This document shows, one piece after another, positions 7,731-15,567 of a stretch of 37,571 nucleotides of DNA. The DNA lies in IMG/VR virus record IMGVR_UViG_3300028588_000006, positions 1-37,571 of that record, one strand, 5' to 3'. How positions within the stretch are numbered: position 1 is the first letter of the stretch; each line of letters opens with the position of its first letter. Below the pieces are notes generated by a model that ran no database searches, was not told the DNA's origin, and was given only the letters and a program-made list of their open reading frames with translations. Both the position numbers and the translations under genes were made by a program. This stretch comes from a virus (taxonomy: Duplodnaviria; Caudoviricetes).

Positions 7731-7976
7731 ATGGATCAAATTGAAGTGCTCAAGCATCGTATGGACGCTATTGCCGGGACTCAGCAGGCCATGGCGGTCG
7801 TACTTAATTTAACCCTCAGTCCGTATCGCGGTAATCAACAAGTCGCGGCAGCTGTAGAGAAAGCATTCGAACAGCAACGCTCATCCTTATTAGCATCATC
7901 TTCATCCGACTATATGATCAGAGGATTTGATGAGATTGCAGAAACTCTACTAGAGGTTTTACGTTCACCTGCTTAG
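7731..7976 (+). CDS. Hypothetical helical protein, 81 aa
   Basis: Purine-rich RBS; AT-rich DNA; followed by a terminator. Confidence 0.7.
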   Translation: MDQIEVLKHRMDAIAGTQQAMAVVLNLTLSPYRGNQQVAAAVEKAFEQQRSSLLASSSSDYMIRGFDEIAETLLEVLRSPA

Positions 7977-8021
7977 GCGACGGGCCATCATCTTCCGTGC
8001 TTCTCAGTAGCGCTACCACCC

Positions 8022-8046
8022 AGCCCGCCTCGAGCGGGTTTTTTTT
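8022..8046 (+). terminator. Terminator of the immunity operon
   Basis: AGCCCGC-CTCGA-GCGGGTT followed by a T tract. Confidence 0.85.
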
Positions 8047-8110
8047 CGCCCTGTCCCCGGGTCGGCGCTAACCGAAGCGCTAAGGCATACATCACTCTAC
8101 CGCAAATATT

Positions 8111-8163
8111 TAGCGCATCGCTACATCTTTCACTTGACGTACTTTAGCGATTCGCTATAAAGT
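8111..8163 (+). promoter_or_regulatory. pL-like promoter with two operators
   Basis: TAGCGCATCGCTA at 8111-8123 and TAGCGATTCGCTA at 8145-8157; -35 TTGACG at 8134-8139; -10 TATAAA/TAAAGT at about 8156-8163. Confidence 0.85.
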
Positions 8164-8205
8164 AACTCCATCGCAACGAGCCCAGCAGGGCAGATGGAGA
8201 CCAGC

Positions 8206-8322
8206 ATGATCCGCCTCATCCCCAAGCACTACACCCGCCGCGACCTGGTGATCGACCTGGTGACGATCGTCTGGGCCGGCGCCGCCGTGGGGTATTGCCT
8301 CAGCCTGATCGGGAGCATCTGA
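8206..8322 (+). CDS. 38-aa single-TM peptide, first gene of the pL operon
   Basis: GGAG RBS; MIRLIPKHYTRRDLVIDLVTIVWAGAAVGYCLSLIGSI. Confidence 0.65.
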   Translation: MIRLIPKHYTRRDLVIDLVTIVWAGAAVGYCLSLIGSI

Positions 8323-8324
8323 CC

Positions 8325-8687
8325 ATGCGCCACGACGACGCCGAAGCCTTCGAGGACCGCGTACACGAGCTGACCGAGCAGAAGCTGGGCGCCTGGCGTG
8401 ACCTGGTCGCCGCCGGCAACGCCGCGGCCCTGCGCGAGCTGACCTACACCGGCCTCAATGCCCTGTCCGAATCCGAATGCGATGCGATCTTCGCCCAAGC
8501 CGTGGTCGACCCGGCCGGCGCCGGCGCGCGCTTCTCGGCGACCGTGGCGAAGGCGATGCACGACCAGTGCGAGGAAACGGCGCGCCAGCAGGCCGACAGC
8601 GAATGGAAGCACGGCGCCGAGCTGCGCGGCGCGTTCCATGCGGAAAGCCGCCAGTGGCATCGCGAATACGAGAAGGTGCACCGCTGA
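8325..8687 (+). CDS. Hypothetical protein, 120 aa
   Basis: GGAG RBS; ATG 2 nt after the upstream stop; GC-rich third codon positions. Confidence 0.75.
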   Translation: MRHDDAEAFEDRVHELTEQKLGAWRDLVAAGNAAALRELTYTGLNALSESECDAIFAQAVVDPAGAGARFSATVAKAMHDQCEETARQQADSEWKHGAELRGAFHAESRQWHREYEKVHR

Positions 8688-8699
8688 ACGAATAGGAGC

Positions 8700-9140
8700 G
8701 CCGCGCCCCTCAACGCGCGGATTGCCCTGCACTCGGGTCAGCAAATTGAGGCAGTGGGATCTGAAATGCCCTGGCAGCCGAGAACAGAACGGCACCACAC
8801 GACAGAGGACGCACGTAAGCGCGTGCAGCTCTCAGCGCAATCAAAGCTGGGGTCTCGCGGCGCCCTCCGGGGTAGCCGAGCTGGGGTAGCGACCAGCCCT
8901 CTGTCGTGTGGTGACCGCATGACTGGATCCGGCCGGATAGTACCCCGTCCGTTAAAGCCGACTGCCTTATGGCGTCCGCACGTACGTCGCGGTGAAGGTA
9001 GCCCGGCCACCACACGCGGGGAAGCATGGAGCAGGACAGTTCCGCGTAAAGGCAAAGCCATGCAGCAGTGCGATACGGCGGTACCCAGCCCGCGCCGGAG
9101 ACGTAACCGGCACCCAACAACAACCGCCGGCGGCGCCGGC
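8700..9140 (+). ncRNA. Putative structured non-coding RNA region (tandem cloverleaf-like units)
   Basis: A 16-bp perfect inverted repeat (8793-8808/8898-8913) encloses four hairpins, and further stems follow. No ORF with convincing RBS or codon usage. Confidence 0.55.
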
Positions 9141-9156
9141 CAGAACGAGGAGCAGC

Positions 9157-9537
9157 ATGGACGTCACCTACATCGAGTTCCTGTACCCGGGAACCTTTTT
9201 CGCCGAGAGCAGCAACAGGCCGGTACCGAGCCGTGCTTTGCCCGAGGCGATCCCGGGCCAGGCCACCGGCTACCGCTTCTTCACGCGCAACGAGGTGGAA
9301 GTCGACGGCGAGAAGCTGGTCGGCAAGCCGAAGGACTACAGCGGTTGGACCTACTTCGGCAGGGAATACAGCGCCGAGCAGGTCGCGGCTCTGGAGGGTG
9401 ACCACGTGCGCATCCTCCGCGACAACGTGCGCATCAACGGCTGGACACGCATGGTGCAGACCACTTACGGCAGCTGGTACAGGCTCGAAGACGGCGATCG
9501 CGTGGTGGCTGATGCAGATGTGGAGCGTGCCCAATGA
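9157..9537 (+). CDS. Hypothetical protein, 126 aa
   Basis: GAGGAG RBS; MDVTYIEFLYPGTFFAE. Confidence 0.8.
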   Translation: MDVTYIEFLYPGTFFAESSNRPVPSRALPEAIPGQATGYRFFTRNEVEVDGEKLVGKPKDYSGWTYFGREYSAEQVAALEGDHVRILRDNVRINGWTRMVQTTYGSWYRLEDGDRVVADADVERAQ

Positions 9538-9740
9538 CCGCCGCCCGCATCGCGCGCCGCCTGGTGCGCAAGATCGTCAAGCCGGCCGCGCTGTGGTGGA
9601 ACGAGCGCGCGCTGCGCGAAGCCGAAGACCAAGCCGACTTCTACGCCCACCTGCGCCGCAGCGTCCCGCCGCTCGAGCGCAACCAGCGCGAGCGCGCCGT
9701 GCAGCTGATCGGCCGCCGCAACACTATCAGGAGCTGGTAA
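9534..9740 (+). CDS. Hypothetical basic protein, 68 aa
   Basis: ATGA-coupled to the upstream gene. Confidence 0.75.
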   Translation: MTAARIARRLVRKIVKPAALWWNERALREAEDQADFYAHLRRSVPPLERNQRERAVQLIGRRNTIRSW

Positions 9741-9844
9741 TGATCCGCCACATTTTGAACCAGTACGCGCTGTCCCTGCGCGCCGGCTTCGGCCCGCGCA
9801 AGGCTGCCGCCCGCGCCCTGCGCACTTATTTCACCGGCTTTTAA
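9740..9844 (+). CDS. Hypothetical peptide, 34 aa
   Basis: AGGAG RBS; TAATG overlap; MIRHILNQYALSLRAGFGPRKAAARALRTYFTGF. Confidence 0.65.
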   Translation: MIRHILNQYALSLRAGFGPRKAAARALRTYFTGF

Positions 9845-9858
9845 CCACCAAGGAAACC

Positions 9859-10623
9859 ATGAACGAGCTGACCACCCAGGGCGAACCGACGTTCTCCCTT
9901 TCCCCGCGCAACCTGGCCGAGGCCATGGATTTCGCCAAGATCATCGCCTCCTCGGACATGGTGCCGAAGGACTACGTCAACAAGCCGGGCAACGTGCTGG
10001 TGGCAGTGCAGACCGGCGCCGAGCTGGGTCTCAAGCCGATGCAGTCGCTGCAGGGTATTTCGGTGATCAACGGCCGCCCGAGCATCTGGGGTGACGCGAT
10101 GCGCGCGCTGGTGATCAGCCATCCCGAGTTCGAGGACCTGCATGAGGATAAGCAGGATGCCTACTGCACCGTCACCCTCAAGCGGCGCGGCCGCTCGGCT
10201 GTGATCAGCACGTTCACGATGGAAGACGCCAAGAAGGCCGGCCTGGCCGGCAAGTCGGGGCCGTGGCAAACCGCGCCGAAGCGAATGCTCCAGATGCGCG
10301 CCTTCGCTTTCGCCGCCCGCGACCTGTTCGCCGACGCGCTCAAGGGCATCAGGTCGATCGAGGAAGTGCGCGACTACCCGGAAGGCGATCGGGTCGAGCG
10401 CGACATCACCCCGGCCTCGGCGCCGGCCGCCGCGGCACAGGTGACCCAGGCTCTGCCGCCGTGCACGCCGGAGAAGTTCGCCGAGAACACGCCGGCGTGG
10501 CGCGACCTGGTCCTGTCGGGCAAGAAGACGCCCGCGGCGCTGATCTCGATGCTGGGCACGAAGACGGTGCTGAGCGAAGACCAGAAGCTGACGATCGATA
10601 GCTGGGCCCACGAAGGCGAATAA
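9859..10623 (+). CDS. RecT/Red-beta-like single-strand annealing protein
   Basis: MVPKDY..KPGNVLVAVQTGAELGLKPMQSLQGISVINGRPSIWGD...AKKAGL...PW...PKRMLQMRA; adjacent to an exonuclease. Confidence 0.85.
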   Translation: MNELTTQGEPTFSLSPRNLAEAMDFAKIIASSDMVPKDYVNKPGNVLVAVQTGAELGLKPMQSLQGISVINGRPSIWGDAMRALVISHPEFEDLHEDKQDAYCTVTLKRRGRSAVISTFTMEDAKKAGLAGKSGPWQTAPKRMLQMRAFAFAARDLFADALKGIRSIEEVRDYPEGDRVERDITPASAPAAAAQVTQALPPCTPEKFAENTPAWRDLVLSGKKTPAALISMLGTKTVLSEDQKLTIDSWAHEGE

Positions 10624-10633
10624 GGAGAAAGCC

Positions 10634-12427
10634 ATGCAGATTCACGACCTCACCCAAGGCAGCGCCGAGTGGAAGCAGTATCGACTCGAGAAGGATGGCG
10701 CCAGCGAGGCGGCCGCAATGCTCGGCATTTCCACGCTGATGAAGCGTAACGAGCTGCTGCACATGAAGGCCACCGGCACCGCCCAGGAATTCAGCGACTG
10801 GGTGCAGAAGTACATCCTCGACTACGGCCATGAGGTCGAAGCGTTGGCTCGCCCGCTGGTCGAAGAGCTGATCGGCGAAGACCTCTATCCGGTCACCTGC
10901 TCCGACGGTCGCCTGTCGGCGTCGTGCGACGGCCTGACGATGGGCGAAGACATCGCCTTCGAGCACAAGCAGTGGAACGAGGCTCTGGCGGCCGCCGTCA
11001 CCGCTGGCCAGCTGCCGGACGAGTACATGCCCCAGTGCCAGCAGATCATGATGGTCACCGGCGCCGGCAAGGTCATTTTCGTCTGCTCGGACGGCACGCG
11101 CGACAACCTGGTGTACGTGTGGGTGCAGCCCGACGCGGCATGGCAGGCGCGCATCCGCGACGGCTGGAATCAATTCGAGCTCGACCTGGCCGAATACCAG
11201 CACGTCGAGGTGCTGCCGGCGCCGGTTGCCGCTGCGGTGCAGGACCTGCCGGCGCTGTCGATCCGCGTCGACGGCCAGCTGACGCTGAACCACAACCTGG
11301 TCATGTTCGGCGAGAAGCTGCAGGCGTTCATCGCCGACATCGACACCAGCCCGAGCGATGACCAGGCGTTCGCCGACGCCGAGCAGGCGATCAAGGTGAT
11401 GGAGCGCGCCGAGACCGCGCTGGGCGCCGCCGAGGCTTCCGCGCTGGGCCAGATCTCGACCGTCGACGACATGGTGCGCACGGTCGCCAGCTACAAGGAA
11501 CTGGCCCGCAAGACCCGGCTGATGCTGGAAAAGGTCGTCAAGGCGCGCAAGGAGACGATTCGCGTCGAGATCCAGCAGGGCGGCAAGGACAAGGCCGCCG
11601 CGCACATCGCCGCGCTGAACGCTCGCCTGGGCAAGCCGTATATGCCGGCGATCTTCGTCGACTTCGCCGGCGTCATGAAGGGTAAGAAGACCCTGGCCAG
11701 CCTGCGCGACGCGGTCGACACCGAGCTGGCGCGCTTCAAGATTGAGGCGAACGCCATGGCCGACCGGATCCAGGTGAATCTGGGCACGCTGCGCGAGCTG
11801 GCCGGCGCGCATGCGTTCCTGTTCGCCGATACGCCTTCGATCGTGCTCAAGGCGGCTGACGACCTGACCGCCCTGGTCAAGCTGCGCATCGCGGAGCACG
11901 AGCAGGCCGAGGTGAAGAAGGCCGAAGCCCTGCGCGCGCAGATCGCCGAGGAGGAGCGGGTGAAGGCCGAGAAGGCAGTGGCGGACGCCGAGCGCGCGCG
12001 CGTCGCCGCCGAGACGAAGCGTCAGCTGGACGAACAGGCCGCCCGGATCGTTGCGGAGCGCGCGCAGGACGAAGCAGCGCGCGCAGCGGTCGCCGCCAGC
12101 GCAGCGTCGGCCGCCGTGGCCGAAACCCCAGAGACCGACCCCGACTTCCTGGAAGTGCCGGCCGCCCTGGCCGTGCTGGGCACCCAGGTGACGCCGATCG
12201 ACGCGGCGCGCGCGCCAGCGCCGGCCGACGAGCCGCTGGTCCGCCTCGGCCAGATCAACGAGCGCCTGGCCCCGATCGCGTTGACCGCGGACGGCCTGAG
12301 CCGCCTGGGCTTCGCGCACGTCATGACCGATAAGGCGGCCAAGCTGTACCGCGAGTCGGACTTCCTCCGGATCTGCGCAGCGCTGCAGCGTCACATCAGC
12401 GGCGTTGCCCAGGCGAAGGCGGCGTGA
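10634..12427 (+). CDS. YqaJ-family (lambda Exo-like) nuclease with long coiled-coil C-terminus
   Basis: QGSAEW, GASEAAAMLG, GHEVE, SASCDG, FEHK and QCQ motifs. Confidence 0.9.
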   Translation: MQIHDLTQGSAEWKQYRLEKDGASEAAAMLGISTLMKRNELLHMKATGTAQEFSDWVQKYILDYGHEVEALARPLVEELIGEDLYPVTCSDGRLSASCDGLTMGEDIAFEHKQWNEALAAAVTAGQLPDEYMPQCQQIMMVTGAGKVIFVCSDGTRDNLVYVWVQPDAAWQARIRDGWNQFELDLAEYQHVEVLPAPVAAAVQDLPALSIRVDGQLTLNHNLVMFGEKLQAFIADIDTSPSDDQAFADAEQAIKVMERAETALGAAEASALGQISTVDDMVRTVASYKELARKTRLMLEKVVKARKETIRVEIQQGGKDKAAAHIAALNARLGKPYMPAIFVDFAGVMKGKKTLASLRDAVDTELARFKIEANAMADRIQVNLGTLRELAGAHAFLFADTPSIVLKAADDLTALVKLRIAEHEQAEVKKAEALRAQIAEEERVKAEKAVADAERARVAAETKRQLDEQAARIVAERAQDEAARAAVAASAASAAVAETPETDPDFLEVPAALAVLGTQVTPIDAARAPAPADEPLVRLGQINERLAPIALTADGLSRLGFAHVMTDKAAKLYRESDFLRICAALQRHISGVAQAKAA

Positions 12428-12428
12428 C

Positions 12429-12659
12429 ATGGCTGGCCAGGGCGCATGCCTGTGGACCGTCCTGCGCTGCCGCGAGCAGGATTTCCAGCGCTTCCTCGGC
12501 GTCGACGGCGAGACCGCCGCCGCGCGCCGGGTGAAGGAGCTGTGCGAGATCGAGTCGCGCGCGCAGCTCGACCGGGATCCGGCCGCGGCCGCGCGCTGGG
12601 ACCGGATGCGCCGGCGCTACCAGCAGTACCTGCAGGACCAGACCACCAACCACGATTGA
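12429..12659 (+). CDS. Hypothetical protein, 76 aa
   Basis: LRCREQDFQRFL...LCEIESRAQLD pattern; AAGG RBS. Confidence 0.75.
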   Translation: MAGQGACLWTVLRCREQDFQRFLGVDGETAAARRVKELCEIESRAQLDRDPAAAARWDRMRRRYQQYLQDQTTNHD

Positions 12660-12684
12660 CCCTACAACAACAGAGGCAGAAGAC

Positions 12685-13416
12685 ATGAAGAAAGCAACCC
12701 AGAACACCAACCTGACCCGCAACGCAAACGGCTATGGCGCGCTGCCGGGCTTCGCGGATTTCGCCCTGCCGGATGAGGATCTGGCGTCCGGCGCCGTCGT
12801 CAACGGCAGCGAAGTGCATGTGGTGCGCCTGATCGACGACGACAGGAGCGCCGAGGCGGTTGCCATCAGCGCGGGCTGGCTCAGCGGTAACAACGACATC
12901 AGCGCCTGGACGCCGCCGGCGCCCGAGGGCGACGACTGGCGCCTCGCCGCGGTGCTGGAGCACGAAGAAGGCCCGTTCGCCGTCTTCGCCCGCCCCGGCC
13001 AGCACGGCATCGTGGACGGCAAGGCCTACGCCCAGGAGTTCCTGCTGGGCGCGATGATCAAGGCCGCGACGAAGCACATGAGGACGCTGTCGAAGCCGTG
13101 GATCGAGTTGAAGGAGGGCGAGCAAAAGCGTGTGCTGGCCACCGTGCAACAGGACTGCCGCGAGGCCGTGCGCGACGCGATCGACATCATTGCCAGCAAC
13201 GCGCGCATGACGTTCCCTGCCGCGGTCGACCAGGTCGTTTTCAAGGACGGCGTGAAGTGCGTGTTGACGCTGGCGAAAGGCGACTGGGCACACAGCCTGG
13301 CTGATGCCGAAGGCGGTTTCGTCACGATCGTGATCGAGGAGCGCTCGAGGCTGCTGGACGAGGGCGACGCCCTCAACGTCGATCCGGACCAGAAATCGCT
13401 GCTGGCGGAGGCTTGA
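12685..13416 (+). CDS. Hypothetical two-domain protein
   Basis: GAGG RBS; 243-aa ORF with typical codon usage. Confidence 0.8.
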   Translation: MKKATQNTNLTRNANGYGALPGFADFALPDEDLASGAVVNGSEVHVVRLIDDDRSAEAVAISAGWLSGNNDISAWTPPAPEGDDWRLAAVLEHEEGPFAVFARPGQHGIVDGKAYAQEFLLGAMIKAATKHMRTLSKPWIELKEGEQKRVLATVQQDCREAVRDAIDIIASNARMTFPAAVDQVVFKDGVKCVLTLAKGDWAHSLADAEGGFVTIVIEERSRLLDEGDALNVDPDQKSLLAEA

Positions 13417-13826
13417 CCATGGCGCGCGGACCTGTCCAACCCGGATCCCTGGGAAGCAAGCAAGAGCAGATGGCCGCGCGCGCCGCCAGCGTGGCGCGCG
13501 TGAAGGAGCTGCTGGCGGCCCAGCCGATGACGGCCGCCGAACTGGCCCGCGCGCTGGTCAACGAGCTGAAGATCGTGCAGCCGACCGCGCTGGGCTACCT
13601 GCGGCACATGCACAAGGCCGAGCGCAGCATCCGCCCTACGGGGGAGACGCGCGGCCGCGCCGAGCTGTGGACGCTGGGCACCGACCCGGCGCTGGCGGAT
13701 CCTGATGAGGTGCTGGACCGCATGTTCGCGGCGAAGCGCGCTACCGTGCCGGCGTGCCAGGTGGGCATGTGGCGGGATCCGCTTGTGGCGGCGATGTTCG
13801 GGCCGGCCCAGGGAGCTGCGGCATGA
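13413..13826 (+). CDS. Putative winged-helix DNA-binding protein (start probably 13419)
   Basis: VKELLAAQPMTAAELARAL...YLRHM...RDPLVAAMFG. Confidence 0.7.
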   Translation: MTMARGPVQPGSLGSKQEQMAARAASVARVKELLAAQPMTAAELARALVNELKIVQPTALGYLRHMHKAERSIRPTGETRGRAELWTLGTDPALADPDEVLDRMFAAKRATVPACQVGMWRDPLVAAMFGPAQGAAA

Positions 13827-15052
13827 ATCAGGCGGATATTTTCGGCGCCGGCGCGCGCCGCCTGCAGATGACGGAATCGATCGAGCTGACGATCCAGTCG
13901 CTGCAGGCCTATGGCGCCGACCACGATCACTGGGGTGTGGCCTGGTCCGGCGGGAAGGATTCGTCGGCCACGCTGACCCTGCTGATGTACCTGATCGACG
14001 CCGGCAAGATCCCGCGCCCGAAGACGCTGACGGTGTTCTATGCCGAAACGCGCCAGGAGCTGCTGCCGCTGGCCGCCTCGGCGCAGCAGATCATGGATGA
14101 GTTGGTAGAGCGCGGCGTGCGCATCGAAGTCGTGATGGCGCCGCTGGACGATCGCTTCATGGTCTACATTCTGGGCCGCGGCGTGCCGCCCCCGAACAAC
14201 AACACCCTGCGCTGGTGCACTGGCCAGATCAAGATCGAGCCGATGGAAGAGGCGCTACGCCGCCACGTCGAATCCCTCGACGGCCAGATCCTGATGATCA
14301 CTGGCGTGCGCCAGGGCGAAAGCGCGATCCGCGACCGCCGCATCGAGATGAGCTGTGGGAAGGACGGCGCAGAGTGCGGGCAGGGGTGGTATCAGCAGGT
14401 GCTGCCGAACGCAAAGGGCCTACGCGGCCGGCTCGCCACGCTGGCGCCGCTGCTGCACTGGCGCGTATGCCATGTATGGGAATGGCTGAAGCACTGGGCG
14501 CCTTCAGCGGAGTTTGGCGACTGGAGCACGGCAGCGATCGCGGATGCGTACGGCGGCGACGAGGCGGAAGAGATCAACGCGCGCACCGGCTGCGTCGGTT
14601 GCCCGCTAGCCCAGGAAGACACCGCGCTGAACACGATCCTGTTGAATCCACAGTGGGCCTACCTGGCACCGATGAAGGGCATCAAGGAGCTATGGCGCGA
14701 GCTGCGCCTTCCCCAGCACCGACTGCGCAAGGCCGGCATCGAGCGGCTGAAGGACGGAAGTATAGGCAAGAACCCGCAGCGCATGGGGCCGCTGACTTTC
14801 GAAGCCCGCCTGATGGGTTTGGAGCGACTGCTGGCGATTCAGACCAAGGTGAACGCCGCCGCGACGGCGCTGCGCCGGCCGCTGGTCGACATGATCAATC
14901 CGGAGGAAGAGGCACGTATCCGTGAGCTCATCGCCCTGGAGACGTGGCCTCGAGGCTGGGATGGTGACGAGCCGATAGCCACGACGGTGATGGACGTGGT
15001 CTACCAGAACGGAGCGGTGCAGCCGCGGCTCTTTTCGGAAGCCGAGCTATGA
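13823..15052 (+). CDS. PAPS-reductase-family, DndC-like PP-loop protein, 409 aa
   Basis: WGVAWSGGKDS, PPPNNNTLRWCTGQIKIEP, TGVRQGESAIR, APLLHW...VWEWL, RTGCVGCP; ATGA-coupled start. Confidence 0.88.
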   Translation: MNQADIFGAGARRLQMTESIELTIQSLQAYGADHDHWGVAWSGGKDSSATLTLLMYLIDAGKIPRPKTLTVFYAETRQELLPLAASAQQIMDELVERGVRIEVVMAPLDDRFMVYILGRGVPPPNNNTLRWCTGQIKIEPMEEALRRHVESLDGQILMITGVRQGESAIRDRRIEMSCGKDGAECGQGWYQQVLPNAKGLRGRLATLAPLLHWRVCHVWEWLKHWAPSAEFGDWSTAAIADAYGGDEAEEINARTGCVGCPLAQEDTALNTILLNPQWAYLAPMKGIKELWRELRLPQHRLRKAGIERLKDGSIGKNPQRMGPLTFEARLMGLERLLAIQTKVNAAATALRRPLVDMINPEEEARIRELIALETWPRGWDGDEPIATTVMDVVYQNGAVQPRLFSEAEL

Positions 15053-15567
15053 ATCATGCGTTATTTTTTTGGAGGCGCAATTGCCACGGTCCCGTTTGCA
15101 TCGACCGACACGACATCGATTTTCTTTGCCGCATCCGCCGCATCCTCGGCAAACATGTACGTGCCCATGAAGTCAGCGTCTTTAAGGTCGGAGCCGGTCG
15201 AGCCATCTTCGCGCGCGAAAACCACCCGTACGGAAGGGATCCAGCCTTCGCCATGGTGGACAGCACTAGGGTCGATAGCAAAACGGATGGCTCCGGTGCC
15301 CGATGCCAGAAGTCGAGTCAAGGGTTGCGCATCAGGGAAAGCACCTCGGAACCCAGAGGTATCGCCAAGGTGTTCGCGAATCCATTCCTCCGCTTCCTCA
15401 GCACGGTCAACGGTACGAAGATCGAAGATGGTCGCGTGCAGTTCAACGGTGGTTTTCATCAGCTGCTCCAGTTTATTGGGATGAGCGAACTCTACACCGC
15501 CGAAACAAAGTTGTCATTACGCAAATTTGATACATCTGCCGGTTGCCGGCTTGAAAGGACAGCATGA
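15049..15567 (+). CDS. Possible bridging ORF overlapping the moron in antisense
   Basis: ATGA overlaps with both the upstream stop and the downstream start. The sequence does not look like a natural protein. Confidence 0.35.
   Translation: MNHALFFWRRNCHGPVCIDRHDIDFLCRIRRILGKHVRAHEVSVFKVGAGRAIFARENHPYGRDPAFAMVDSTRVDSKTDGSGARCQKSSQGLRIRESTSEPRGIAKVFANPFLRFLSTVNGTKIEDGRVQFNGGFHQLLQFIGMSELYTAETKLSLRKFDTSAGCRLERTA
15061..15459 (-). CDS. Antisense moron, hypothetical protein, 132 aa
   Basis: Own GGAG RBS and promoter; globular-looking sequence; lower GC than the flanks. Confidence 0.7.
   Translation of the reverse strand: MKTTVELHATIFDLRTVDRAEEAEEWIREHLGDTSGFRGAFPDAQPLTRLLASGTGAIRFAIDPSAVHHGEGWIPSVRVVFAREDGSTGSDLKDADFMGTYMFAEDAADAAKKIDVVSVDANGTVAIAPPKK
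15489..15517 (-). promoter_or_regulatory. Putative moron promoter
   Basis: ATGACA-17bp-TAGAGT on the - strand, about 30 nt before ATG 15459. Confidence 0.55.

Noticed and set aside
8793-8913. Functional tRNA-Sec or opal suppressor (TCA in a loop, long extra arm)
   Set aside because: The loop is 9 nt, there is no TTCRA T-loop and no CCA end. Retained only as a tRNA-like structure.
8700-9140. Hammerhead/twister ribozyme or c-di-GMP riboswitch
   Set aside because: Core consensus motifs (CUGANGA/GAAA, GEMM) were not found by eye.
8229-9534. Overlapping long ORFs (8229-8798 -, 8754-9401 +, 8710-9534 -, and the 5' extension from 8992)
   Set aside because: No RBS, unnatural Arg/Pro-rich composition, and conflict with better-supported genes.
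10406-12430. 674-aa antisense ORF
   Set aside because: Shadow of the YqaJ gene caused by high-GC codon bias.
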